Below are positions 13,845-27,953 of a stretch of 64,000 nucleotides of DNA, in pieces (the first letter of the stretch is position 1; each line of letters begins with the position of its first letter). The notes under the pieces were generated by a model. It had not been told where the DNA came from. It was given only the letters and a program-made list of their open reading frames with translations, and made no database searches. A program made the translations under genes and the position numbers. This stretch comes from Vicugna vicugna (lineage: Eukaryota). The stretch spans positions 3,053,061 through 3,117,060 of the forward strand of contig MU058423.1 of NCBI GenBank assembly GCA_013265495.1, in the 5' to 3' direction.

Positions 13845-13925
13845 ATGTATGATTGAAGCATAGTGCTGTACACCAGAAATTGACACATTAGTAAACTGAC
13901 TATACTTCAATAAAAAAGTAAAAAA
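13845..13925 (+). mobile_element. 5'-truncated young L1 3' end
   Basis: gctgtacaccagaaattgacacatt...actgactatacttcaataaaaaa flanked by aaaaattt(t)ctt direct repeats. Confidence 0.8.
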
Positions 13926-14929
13926 AATTTTCTTAATTATGAAAAATTTTAAGCATATACAAAAGTAGAGACTAGTACACTGAAATGCAGTAACTGTCAA
14001 AATTTTTGTCATATTTGCTTCATCCTTTTTGTCTGCTAAAGTATCTTAAGGTAAATCCTAGGTATGCCATTTCACCCTTTAGGCTGAATCCCCCAGAACA
14101 TGTACATATTCTTATATGTTTTGTAAGAAAGGCTTGATGTTATCTTTGTGCCTAGTAAAATGTTTGTTATCTAAATATTAGTCTGTGTTTTAAAGTGCAG
14201 ATAAGATGCTACTACTCCACTAAACCAATGTTTGACTCCCATTAAAGGCCAAACTCTCGAGGAGCATGGCATTTAGGACCTTCCCCGGCAGTGCCTGCAG
14301 CCCCTCACCCACCATGTGCATCCCACTCAGCCTCCAGAATGCCCTGGGCTTCTCCCCTCCAGGCTCCACAGACTCTGTCCCATGCTGCACGCTTGGCTGG
14401 TACTCTCCCTACTATATTTTACCTTAAGTGAAGCAATTCTCCTGCCTTCACCTTTTCTGTAATAATTCTCCTTGTCCCTTAAGGCCTAGTGCTTTGGACT
14501 GGACAATAACGTTTATACTTTGCTGTATGTGGGTAGACACGAAACGTCTACCTCTGCCAGATATTAAACTCAGGACAGAGCTCTTGCCCCCCTCCTTTTT
14601 TTTTCTCCTATTCTTTGCCTTCCCCCAGTCCCAGGCAGTTGCGTATATTATATGTTTAATAAATGCTTATTGAACTTTTTAAATTTGGAAGCATTATTAG
14701 CTCTTTTAAAAATTCTTTTGTGTTTCTGAGTTAAAATCCATAAAAAATACATGAAATGGAGACTTAAAAAAATCCTATGTGGTCTGAAATAAGATTGATA
14801 TAATAATAATAATGGTTAATGATTTTACTTTTGGACTTTAAATATGCTTTAAATTTATTTCTTCTAAGATTTTGAAAATTGCTATTAACGTGCCTGTCTT
14901 TTTGCTCCCTTCCTCAAGAACAACCATAA

Positions 14930-15193
<264 letters not shown>

Positions 15194-15705
15194 TAGCTGA
15201 CCAGACGTTCTTCACCTTTCCCCGTGTGTGTTTCTGATTTAGCTCTGTATTGTTTTTAGTAAAATCTACGAATATAGCCTTAACAAGAATTTTTTGACAT
15301 TCTAATTGCTTGCTTGCATTCACGAGGCATTATTCTTTTTTAGTAAGGTCTTACAAGGTGGCCACGTGGTGTCTAACCCTTAGAACATTATTGTTATTAG
15401 AAAAGTAATTTTTAAACAACTTCCAGAATTGTATTAGTGAATATTTTCCAGTATATGTTTTCTCTTTCATTTTATTTGGGATAAAAGCCAAGGAGGTAAC
15501 TCTACATATAGTTCTGTTTTAGGGATGATGATAACTTAGTATTTTGATTTCTTGAAGTTCTTTAATAAGGAAAGTGAAACTGATTATTATATCAATCCCA
15601 AAATGAGCATATACACCATGCTTCTCTGCCGTTATTCTCGGTCAGGCAGAGGCAGTTTAGTAATCTCAAAGTATCACAGTCAGTTGAGCAGCGTCTTTTT
15701 TTTAA

Positions 15706-15900
<195 letters not shown>

Positions 15901-16059
15901 TGATAGCAGTCTCAGATGCTACTTGTCTTTTTGTTCATCCTATGCTTTTCCCCCCTCTGCATTTTCATTAATGGCATATATTGCATCAAAAGGGATTTCT
16001 TCAGGACAGGAACTTTTTATTTCAAAAATTTTAAATGTGGACTTTGGGTAACAGCATAG

Positions 16060-16290
16060 TAATGATAGCTAACATTTCCCTGCGTGCTATATCCTTTACT
16101 TATACACATAATTCCTTAATTTAATACTCAAAACAACCTTATGAGGCAGGAAGTTTTATTTCCATTTTATATATGAGAAAAGTAAAACTTGAAAAAACAA
16201 AATGACTTTCCCGTTATCTTACAGCTAAACTTGGCAGAGCCTGAGGTATGACCCAGGTCTGTCCCTTCCAAATTTGGTGACCTAATCCCA
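16060..16290 (-). mobile_element. MIR SINE relic
   Basis: aacaaccttatgaggcagg...ccattttatatatgagaaaagt antisense MIR core. Confidence 0.7.
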
Positions 16291-16595
16291 CAGCCCTGTG
16301 TTTCCTCTGTGGAAAATCTGCTGTAATTTCAAATGCTAATTTGTTTTTAGTACTAATTATGATGTCCTGAAATACTGAATCACCAAAAAAGATTAAATTT
16401 GTACAGTATAGTTTTGAGGTGCATTTTGCTGAATTTTAATTTTTTTTTAAATTGTCAATATATTTGATATATGTGGAAAATCTCTACTTCTCAGTAATTT
16501 GATTAACTAGATTAAACATGCCCAATAGAGAAGTACTTAGCTTTGACTGTGTTATAGAAAAATACTGTTTCACAGTAATAACTGCATATATGTGA

Positions 16596-16769
<174 letters not shown>

Positions 16770-18199
16770 TGAGAAAGAAACTTTATAAATTGCATTCACC
16801 TACTTCTTCTCACTGCAAAAGATAGGCTGAAAAAAATAGGAACAATATAAAGTTAAGTACTTCACATTTTATTGATTAAATTCTTTCAAAATGCTTTCTT
16901 TCATCTGTTACTTTATTTGTAAAAATAACATTCAGCTAAGGAAACCAAGGCCCAGGGAGACTAAGTATCATGCCCTAATCACTCTGTTAGCAGGGCCATT
17001 TTAGAACTCAGACCTTTAAAAAGCATTTTTTTAAATGCACTCACATGGCAAAAATTGAAATTGAACAAAAGGGTGTACTATTTTCTCCCCAGTCCTATAT
17101 TTTTTTGTCTTTCCCTAAAGGATCAGTTTCTTATTTATTCTTTTAGAAATATACTGTAAGTATATAACCAAAAAGTTTGTATATATCATAATCTCTGTTC
17201 TCCTTTAAACAGACACAGACACAGACACAAACGATAGCATGTGATACTTGCCTTGCTTTTTTAACTTAACAGTATGTCCTGGATTGTTCCACGTAAGGCT
17301 ACTGCTCTTTGTGTTATATCACCTTTTAAAACACTGGTATCTAAGAGTGATGCAGTATTCTGCTATTGTCTTTATTTTATTTTAGAGTCCATTTTTTGCC
17401 TTTGTAGTTCTTAACAGCAATTCTACGGTGCTATTCCAAGTGAAAAGTCCTGTCTTACATTCTTACTCTTTTTATTGTTTTGTAATGCTTTATCTATTCT
17501 CTTGACTTTCATAGACCTTTTTCTGTGCTTTGATTCAAACTGGATATGATTTGTCATAGAAAATTTGAGTCTGGAATATACATACATGTATAGTTATATA
17601 TTTATGAATATGTGATCATTGATAAAGCTTAGTTTGCATTGTTATCAAAGTTAATGTATAACATAGTTTAAAGAATCCAACAGTTCAATAAGGCTTATTA
17701 AAAAAAACAATATTGCCCTGAGAATCGCCCCTCTGCCCTCCAGCCACTGCCTCATTTTCCATTTCTCCAAGTCAACCATTTTTAACTTTTGTAGCAGTTT
17801 TATTTTCATATTTATTTCTGTTTTTCTAAATAACATGCCTATAATCATAGTTTTTTAGGGTTATTTATTTTCTTCCCACCATGGAAGATGAAGATTTAAC
17901 TTTCTCATGTCCCTTTCTTATTCTTACCATACTTCACCCACTTCCTGTATCCCATCCTTTGGATCTAGTCAGTCACTCAATTTTGGTTAGATCAGTATTC
18001 ATCAGTGACATTATTTTTAACCATGTAAGTGCTATTCAGATCTTTTTTTTTCTTACATATCTTTCTGTTTTCCTTGGTGTTAATAATTATATTTTTTTGT
18101 TTCATTTGCTTAGTTTCTATACACTTACCATTAATTTATATCAAAATTCTCCCCTAGTTAAGTAAATTATTTTCAGCTCCTTTCTCTCCTTTTCAGAGA

Positions 18200-19746
18200 C
18201 GTCAGTTTTTGGTCATCTCTCTCTTACAACATTAATGTCTCCTTCTCTAGGGAATCTTCTTTTGTCTTTCTCTACCATATTTGAAAATTTTATGGAATTG
18301 ACAATACCTCAGAGTTCCTCTGTGGACCTCCTTACTCCCCTTCCCAGCTCTCACCCTAATTTTTTGCTCCCTTTCTTACCCAGATACCTCAAAAGCCTTG
18401 CCTGCCTATGCTGTTCCCCATTTCCTCATCCTTACTCTTCAACTGTTCCAGTCTGTCTCCTGCCACAACCACTGTAAAGTGAGCTGCCTTTCTCAGATCA
18501 CCAGCAATCTTCGTGTTGTCAAATCACTTCTAAATGTCCATTTTACTTCATCTCCCAGTGGCACACAACAGTTGACCTCTTCCTCTTTTCTTTTGGGCTT
18601 TCAACTCTTTTTTTACCTTTCTGGGTAACTGCCCCTTTGCTGACTCTTTCTCTTCTGCTCACCTTCTAAATTCTGGCATTCCTTAGAGCTCAGGACTTCT
18701 GTTTCCTTTCTTTCTCTAGATGAGTACCGACTTGAGTATAACTCATATACTGACAGACCTTAAATTTTTATCTCTAGCCCAAACCGTTTCTGTATGCCAT
18801 ACTCTTATTTCTGACCCACCTACGTGACCTCTGCTTCTGGAAATCTCACAGAGTATCTCAAACTTAACATGTGTTAAAACAAATCATGACCCCTTCCCTT
18901 AAACAAAACTGCCCCAGATCTCTTCACCGAAGTGGTACCACTCACCCATTGTTCATGCCAGAAACCCTGAAGTCTCCCTGGATCCCTCTCTTTCTCCTTT
19001 TTTCCGTATCCAATCCATAAGTAAATCCTGTTGTTCTAGCCTGCAGAATCTGTCTTAAATCCATTCACTGCTTTTCATCTTTATTGCCACCACACTAGGA
19101 GAAACCACCACCCACCACCCTCTCTCAACCACTCAGGAGTTTCCTACTCTATCTGTACCTCATTTTGCCCCTTCCAGCCTGTGGTCCACGTGGCAGCCGG
19201 TGCATGTTACACTTTACTTACAGCACTTGAATGACCTCTCACTGCTCTTAGGTTAAAGTACATACTCTTCACCATGACCTATGAGAACCTGCTTGATCTG
19301 GCATTGTGTACCCTTCTGGTCTTATCTCAGATCACTTTCTTCTTGCTTTTCAGTTATTGGAACGTGCCAAGCTCTTTCCACCCACAGTGAATTCACATGC
19401 TGTTTCCTTGGCCTGAAATGTTCTTCCACTTGTCTTCTCATGGTCAGGTTCTGCTTCTCATGTTTAGGTCTTAGCTTCACTAGCACCTTGCCAGAAAGGT
19501 CGTCTTTGCCTTGATTGGGACCTTACCATAGTCTTCTCTCTTTCAACTCCATTTATTTCCCTCATACCTCTTACCGCTACTTAAGAGTACATATCTGTTT
19601 ATTGCTGGTCTCCTTCAATAGATTTTAAGTTTTATAAACTTAAAAGGCAGCAGTCATATCTGTTTTATTTCTCAGAGTAGATTTAGCACCTATCATAATA
19701 CCTGGCCCAAGAGAGTAGTGATATAATAACTTTGTTGAATAAATGA
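18200..19746 (+). mobile_element. L2 LINE relic
   Basis: Pyrimidine-rich L2 body (tctcaaacttaacatgt, atccaatccataagtaaatcctg) ending ttgttgaataaatgaa. Confidence 0.78.
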
Positions 19747-21147
19747 ACCTGGGTCTCTTTTGGCACTGTCAACTTTGCATGTATAAAGCTAAACTCATTA
19801 TATTTCCCCTGGAAATCACTTCTTCCCATTTTCCCTGCTTTTGATAACAGTTCTCTTATTTCCTTATGCACCTAGATTTGAAATATGGGACTCATCTGTC
19901 ACTTCTTTTTTAGCCCCTATACAGGCAGTTAATTGCCAACACTGTTAATTTTTTTATTCAGTTTTTCCTGAAATCTGTCTACATGTCATCATTCAGACCT
20001 TTATTCTCTCATTGTTCTATTATTCTATCTTGCCATGCAGTGGTTTCTCTTCCATAATCTATCCATTTTAGTTTGATACACATTTTCACATAGATTAATC
20101 TTCCCAAAGCACTCCTTGGATCATGTAATTCTCCCGCTTGGAAACCTGCAGTGATGTTGCACTGTGTACGGGTACAGGCTCACACTGTGCAATTTGGTTT
20201 TCAGCATGCTTGACAGTCTGGCCCTAACCTGTCTTTATGTCTCAGCTACAAGCTGCCTTTCGTGTTAAATTACTAAACCAAGTAACTTCAGCCAAACAAA
20301 GCCACCTGTCCTTAAATGTTTTTATCCTTTTCCTCTAAACATTTTCTCATGTAATTCTTCCTGATAGCCCTCTTCTTTTCTCTATCAAAAATTCAAGCAA
20401 GGGTTATTTTTAATTACATTTCTGTGTAATACATATAAACACATAACATATTCTCTCTTATTTATCCTGTTTACTGTTCTTCAAGATCTAACTTATATTC
20501 CTTTTTTACTGTGAAGTCTCCCCAGGCCACTTTGATTGAGAGCAGTGTTCTTCAAACTTATTTTCATTATTGATTCCACTAAGGAGAAAAATGAAATTAA
20601 ATTTTTTCCTAACAAGAGAAAGTAAATACTAAGGAATGAGATTTTGTTGAGTAGGGGTTGAGCTTAGCCCTTGAGAACCATTTGTGTCCCCTTGGAGGCA
20701 TTTTGTGTGGTCAAGGGTCCAGCCTGTGGACTCAGAGCTTGTTTTCTATTCAGTTCCTGTTGGTGGTTAATCATGTGTTGCTTAGAGACATTTCCCACAC
20801 TGTGACCTAAAACTTATTTTGTTATTTAATTTTCTATTCCCCCGACTAGACTCTAAGCTGGGTATGGGAGAATTTCTGAACACATACCCAGCAGTGAAAA
20901 GATTGCATTAGGAAAAGTGGCTCATCTTTTGCACTATAAGTAATGCTGCCCTAGGGGGTCCTCCCAAATGACCAAACGGAAAAAAAGGGAGGCCTTCTGA
21001 TGTCTTACAGAATTTTGCTTCATATCTTGCTTCTAAAAACAATGCAAGTCTTTATTGGTTGACTGTTAATTTGGATTTTTCCATAACTGAACAGTATTGA
21101 TAAGCTACATTAAATCTTTTAGTGTATGGTTCAGTGAACATAATTAG

Positions 21148-21438
<291 letters not shown>

Positions 21439-21789
21439 TGACCTCTTTCCTCTTTTTTACTCTCTCCTGTTCTATTTGGGATCTTTCTCTTTTGTTAACG
21501 TAGTGTGATTGATTATATAACATTTCCAAATTTTATAGTGTTTAGAGCAAATTGCTAGCACTGTATTGAGATGAATTGTAGCAAATTATTAAATCTAGTG
21601 AATAGTCTTATTTTTATTGTTAAGTAGCTTAAAATATTTAAAAGACTCAATGTTTATCACACTGAATCATTTTGATGTCAATGATGTAGATGTTAAAATA
21701 TACATTTATGTATATTTGCTCCTACTTTAAAACCCTTAGTGTATAATCTGTATAATTATGTCTTCAGTACCTAGTTTTTGTTCTTAAAC

Positions 21790-22985
21790 ATTCATTAAGC
21801 AAATATTTACTATATACCAACCAGGGGTCAGACAGAGAGATGAATAAGACAGGTAACTTCCTGATGGAGCTTACATTTTAGAGGTCAGAAAAAAGCAAAC
21901 CAATAAAAATACAATTTTAGGTATTGACAAGTGCTATTTAAAAGCTTGTAAGGTAGGAGAATGGGACAGGGTGGACAGGGGGAAGCTGTGCTAGGTGGGC
22001 AAGGGTAGGTCTCGCCAGGAAAGTGCCGTTCGAGCAGAGACCTGAAGGGTGAGAAGCAGCAGCTGTGCCAGGACCCTGGGAGCAGACCACAGCAAGGGTC
22101 AGGGTGCCGAGGAAGGAATGGATTTGGCTTGCTCAGGACACTGCAAGAAGCCAGTGTAACTGAACTTAGTGAACTAAGGGAGCAAGAGACAGGGGAATAA
22201 ATCAGAGGCAGGTTTCTAAGCATTAAAAGTATAATTGGAATCCTTTTGAAGATATAAAACAGGGAGTTATGACAGTCTGAAATATAAAAAATTTTTTTTG
22301 AGTTTTAGAGTGAGTGGATTATAAGTATAAATATCAGAGAGGAGATGATTGGACCAATTCAGGAAAGAGAGGCTAGGATGGGAGAGGTGGAGGTGGTAAA
22401 GGAGTGACTGAATTAGGGATGTATTTTAATTTGTTTGGATTAAATTTGGGGAGTGAGGGGAAAAAGATTGATTCCTAGGGTTTTGGCATGAGCAACCAGG
22501 TGGTGCCGTTAGTTGAGAATGAGGAAGACAGGTAGGGAGAGGAACAGGTTTAGGCAAGAAAATAGAGTTTGGTTTTAAACAAGTTGAATTTAAGATGACT
22601 ATCAAAGCAATCAATTGAGATGTCAAATAGCTATTGCATACTGGTCTGAAGATCAGGTGAGAAGTCTGGTTGGTATAGCCTTCCCCTACCCACCCTGTCA
22701 CACTCTCCTACCTTACAATTTTTTAATAGCAGTTGCCAAATGTGTGTGATCCTAGGTATATAAATGGCCGCAGAAGCATGGTCCTAGATAAAATTTCATA
22801 GAAAGTGAGGTATAAAGGGAACAAGAAATTTGAAGGCTGACTGCTGGGATTCACCAAACTTTAAGTCAGAAAGAGAAGGACAGCCAGCAAAGGAGACTGA
22901 AGTGCAGTGGCACTGAAGTCAGGGAGGTAATCAAGGTGAGAGAGCTTCAAGGAGAGATTGGCAGCTGTGTCAAATGTTGCTGTGT
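21790..22985 (-). mobile_element. L2 LINE relic
   Basis: cattcattaagcaaatatttact 3' end on the minus strand plus purine-rich body. Confidence 0.75.
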
Positions 22986-23164
22986 GCATGTTACCAAATA
23001 CTGCTAACATAATTAGGTCTTCAGTGACTTAAACCTGTGTAAGCTTTTAAATGCATTAGTGTAGTTAGGCTTTTTTTTTTAATACTGTAATGTCTTAAAG
23101 TAATAGGAAGTGTATGAAATCTGTGTATATTTTGTATTGTAAATCAGTCTCTTTTCTTTTTTAA

Positions 23165-23311
<147 letters not shown>

Positions 23312-24510
23312 AGCACAACCAACGTCGATCTATGCAGTGAAAGCACAGAAACGTAAGACTACTGAATTGTGAACATTGCAAATTTGAAGAACGTGGACTG
23401 ACCTGAAAAGTGGCTTAGCACGAGGAGCCCCCTTATTACCATGTATCCCTTTGATAGGAGCTATTGGGTGGTGTTATTCTGCAGTGCTTCCAGTCTTCCG
23501 TGTGAGCTCGTGCTGCTGTGACCTGCTGTATGTAGTCTTGTTGCCAAAGTCTGCGGAAGAGCTCTGTTGTTGTCAGTGTGCACTCCAAGTCAAGGTGGAC
23601 GATGTGTTTACGGTTTAGTATTAAAAGCATTCCTTGGTCTTTGCCTAAATAACAGTTTTATATACACACTGAAATTGAACTATACTTTAAGCATATCATT
23701 ACATGTAATGCAACCAAGTTCCACACAGATTAAACATAGGTATTCAGAAAATTTTGCTTTTCTCACAATCCCATGATATTATATCACTCAGCTACAGGTC
23801 AGAATTTTTTATGTCTCTTCAGAGTTACATTGTTGCTTTAACTAATGATCATTATGGAGTTTAAAAATGGATGGAAAACTGCTTCTTAATACGGTATAGG
23901 CCTTTTCTTTTTTCTTCAACCCAGGGATATAATTACTGTTTTGTTACATTATTTTGTTTCAGGCTTAAAAGGTAAATGTGTTTGCTTCAGAAACTTGTTG
24001 ATTTCAATTTTTTGAATGCAACAAGATACCTCCCTGTAAACTGTACTGTAGGCAGAGCAGCAGCATTATGTGATGCGGCACTTGATGGTACAGTCACTAT
24101 ACCGGCTAGCATTTTTCCTCTTAAAAATTAAAAACTTTGCCATAGATTGTAGCATGGCTTGAAATGCTATGTCTGCATGATAATTTAAAATGGAAAATTT
24201 AAACTTTGCACTCCAAAAGCTTATTTGGATTTTTTTTCTTGCACTGTTTTGTGTAATGCAGAATAATTTTATTTCTATGTTGTAGATCCTAACATTTATG
24301 TATCTTTATTTTCATATTGTACAGTAATTTTACTTTAAATTATTAAATAGGCTATTTTATTTATTTCAAATGCAGTTGAGTTGGTTCTAATTATTGAACT
24401 GTCTGTGCACTGTATGTAGCAAGCATTTTTAATCTATTATATACCAGTGGAAAGGGTATTAGAAGTGTAACTGTGCTATTATTTCAATAAAGACCTCTTG
24501 ACACCTAAAA
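23312..24510 (+). other. WDR47: WDR47 3' UTR
   Basis: Apparently repeat-free, AU-rich sequence from the stop to AATAAA at 24486; end position inferred. Confidence 0.75.
24486..24491 (+). terminator. WDR47 polyadenylation signal (AATAAA)
   Basis: AATAAA followed by GT/T-rich downstream sequence; a second AATAAA lies at 24729-24734. Confidence 0.7.
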
Positions 24511-25404
24511 CTATTCCTGTTCCTCAGTTTCCATGGTTTAGAGTGTTTTTTCCAGTTTACGTGTCAGTAGTATCTAGTGAATGAACTCACATCAGTTTCT
24601 TAAGTTTCTTTTCAAATTTCTTCTACTAACTTACTTTTTAACCCTTGACAACTGCATAATTTTTGTGTCTTCTCTTTTATTCACTATCTAGAGAACTTTC
24701 TATCCTCAATATATTGTGAAAGTTGACTAATAAAAGCCCAGCAAAATGTATACATTCTAACTTAGACTACAAATATATTGAAGCAAGTAGTTTAGAAAGA
24801 AATGAAATCTAATTAGCTTGTGGATATTCAGTAGTACAGTTTTCCTAACTCTCAGGCATGCAGAAGGGAGTTCTGCTAAAAAACAGGCTGCAGTGTCCTC
24901 TTTAGTTTACTTTCATACTTAATTTTACACACTTTATGTATTATAGCAGGTCATTAGTCTTAAGTTTAAAACTAGAAAAAAGGGCAATTTCTTGATGTAG
25001 ACCAGATCAACTTCATGGTAAAAAGTGTTCATAAAATTATGTATTCTACCTCCATCACTGTCAGGGAGAAAACTTTAAGATCCTCCTAAATGTGTGGGTA
25101 TCGAATTGCAGTGCATTAGATAATAAGCATGAGAAATTTTCTTATTTCAATATGTGGTTACATATGTCCTTCTTCCCATGCCTCCACACTGTCTTCTGCA
25201 TGAAGGAGATTTCATGTGGAAGAGTAAATAAGAGAACTAAAATACTACATTCTCTGAATCCTTCTCAGGTGGGGGTTTGGGGAAGGAGAGGAGGTATGGG
25301 AGAGGGGGCAGAAGCTCTTGACTTCTCCCTGGTGGAAGCTTCAGAAGTCTGATTCAAATTTGATTTTTTTTAATGTTTAATTCTTTTTTAAAAAAACTGT
25401 AATA

Positions 25405-26370
25405 AGCCAAAAGACGTAACAGTGAAAAGGCAACCCATGAATTGGAGAAAATATTTACAAATCACGTCTCATAAAGGATTAATATCCAAAAATATATAAA
25501 GAACTCCTACAGTTCAACAACTCCCCAAAAATTAAAAAATGGGCAAAGGATTTGAATAGGTATTTCTCCAAAGAAGACAGACAAATGGCTAATAAGCACA
25601 TGGAAAGATGCCCAATATCACTAATCACTAGGGAAATGCAATTGAAAACCACAATGAGATACCACCTCACACCCAATAGGTTGGCTCCTATCAAAAAACA
25701 AAATAACAATGTTGGCAAGGATGTAGAGAAATTGGAACCCTTGTACACTGTTGGGAATATAAAATGGTGCAGCCATTGTGGAAAACACTATGGTGGTTCC
25801 TCAAAAAACTAAAAATAGAATTACCATTTGATCTAGCAACCCCACTTCTAGGTATGTATACTCAAAATAACTGAAATAAGGATCTCAAGATACTTGTACA
25901 CTGATATTCACAGCAGCATAACTCACAATAGCCAAAAGGGGCAAGCAACTGTAGTCCAACAGATAAAATGGATAAACTGGTATACAATACAATGGAATAC
26001 TATTCAGCCTTCAAAAAGGAAGGAAATTTTAATAAATGTTACGACATGGATGATCCTTGAGAACATTATGCTAAGTGAAATAAGCCATTCACAAAAAGAC
26101 AAATACTGTATGATTTTTCTTATATGGGTACCTAGAGTAGTCAAATTCATAGAGACTCAAAGTATCTTTGGTGGTTGCCAGTGGCTAGGGGCAGGGAAGA
26201 AATGATTAACTGTTTAATGTGTACAGAGTTTCAGTTTTTCAGGATGAAAAGATTTATGGATATGGATAGTTACACAACAATGTGAATGTATTTAGTGACA
26301 CAACTATACACTTAAAAATGGTTAAGATGGTAAATTTTACTGTCAGGTGTATTTTGACTTAAAAAAATTA
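25405..26370 (+). mobile_element. Old L1 3' portion between WDR47 and CLCC1
   Basis: ORF2 C-terminal peptide ([19 protein letters not shown]...[15 protein letters not shown]) followed by L1M 3' UTR. Confidence 0.92.
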
Positions 26371-26779
26371 CAATAAGCAACATGCACACTCAGGTGTACT
26401 ATATTATACACCAAATTTTAACACACTTAAATTTGCTGCCAACTTTTGTGTACACCTCTCATTTCCTCCTAGTGAGTAAAAATCATTATTTCCTCTTTGG
26501 AGAATTTTCTGAGCATGCAAAAGGCCAGTACTTAAAGACAAAATTAAAACTTAACTACTTCCAATTACCCCATAGTGTACCCTGCACCCTCCCTCCGTCA
26601 ATATACAGAACTATAGTTATTATTCATTATGCCCCATTTTAAAAATTATGCTCGAAATACGTTTCTGGGTTGTACTACAAACGTTACACATTCGAGAACT
26701 TATAAAATAAATCGATACCAAGAAAATACCCTTCGCATTCCTTTTACGTATTTGGCTTCTATGCAAGATTTCTCTTGCA

Positions 26780-27315
26780 CGGAGTTCGGCGGATGAGGGT
26801 GAAAACAAGCCAACGGAGGCCGGCCCCGCCCCCTCGGCGGGCCAATCAGCCGCGCGCCGGAGAGGGACGCACAGCTGCCGGCCGAGCGAGTCGATGAGGA
26901 CGCGTCGGAGGCGGGCGCCGCTGGAGCGCCAGGCGGCTCCGGAGGCGGCTCGCCATCTTCTCTAGGAGCTCCGGCAGGTGTCCTGTCTCCTTGGAGAGGC
27001 AGGCGGGCGACCCGAGATGTGAGTCCTCGCGGTCGCGTGTGTATGTGCAGCGAGCAGGGCTGCGGTTCGGCCCTGGCGGGTCCCGCGGGCGGCGGCGCAA
27101 GGGAGGCCGGGGGCGGTACCCGGGGCGGGGGCCGCGCTCGCCCGGGTCTGCGGGGGACTGGGCGCGGCGTCCTCCCTGGTGGCGAGCGACCTGTCACCCT
27201 CTTATCTCTCGGGCCGGTTGGCGGTCCTATCTCTGGTTGCCGCCGTCTTACGCGGTTCAAAGAGCGGCCTAGGGAAAAGGGGCGAGAAATGCAGAGCGAG
27301 GCGCGAGCGAACGTT
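26780..27315 (+). promoter_or_regulatory. CLCC1: CpG-island promoter of CLCC1 with GC boxes, CCAAT box and YY1-type motif
   Basis: Dense CpG; ggccccgccccc at ~26822, CCAAT at ~26843, CGCCATCTT at 26951-26959; lies upstream of the CLCC1 coding exons. Confidence 0.88.
26880..27018 (+). other. CLCC1: Probable non-coding first exon of CLCC1 (start uncertain)
   Basis: Donor GAT|gtgagt at 27019 inside the CpG island; the TSS cannot be fixed from sequence. Confidence 0.55.
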
Positions 27316-27775
27316 GAATTTTGTTGACTTAAATTATCTCTGGAAACTTTAAGCACAGTTTGAACAAATGCTGGCAGCAGAATGGCTCGGATTTGGTTGT
27401 AGTTAAGTTTTAAAAACTCCAAATTAATTTGAATGTTGAAAGTTAGAGATGAATATTTATGAGTAGGTGGTGAAAAACAATGACGATTTTCCTCTGTGAT
27501 AGTGGTTACGAAAGTGTGGTCCCAAGACGAGCTTCATCATCACCATCAAGGAACCGTTAGAAATGAACATTCTTAAATATGAGAGCCAGGGCTCCAGGAA
27601 ACTACACACACACGCGCGAACTAAATCGCAACCCCCTGACTTATGCCGTGCTATATATATCCTTCTAGGTTAATACAGAAGTGGACTCTCTTACCCAAGT
27701 TAGTTTTGTCTTTCTCATTTCACTTGTAAATTCATTGAAATCACCTACTTCTCTTTTATGCCGATTTCCACTCAG

Positions 27776-27953
27776 TGACTTGAAGTCTCCTTGGAGAGCT
27801 CTATCTTTTTGGTAGCTATCCAGTCTAGTCGCTCCTGTTACAGCCCATTCCTGGTATTTTTCCCGCTTTGTAGAGGGGATCCCGCAGTTTCTCCTTCATC
27901 CTCGGAACAGCCCCTGCAGTCCACTAGCATCTTGCCTTGGAGAGGCCGTTTAG
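27776..27953 (+). other. CLCC1: Candidate non-coding second exon of CLCC1
   Basis: Pyrimidine tract ending ctcag at 27775 (alternative ttgtag at 27873) and donor TAG|gtagag at 27954; not confirmable from sequence alone. Confidence 0.35.

Noticed and set aside
26842..26860. Possible ER stress element (ERSE) at the CLCC1 CCAAT box
   Set aside because: ERSE needs CCAAT-N9-CCACG; here the position reads GCCGG.
26700..27422. 240-aa minus-strand ORF and overlapping Arg/Pro/Gly-rich ORFs
   Set aside because: Non-ATG start and low-complexity composition; long open frames are expected in stop-poor CpG islands.
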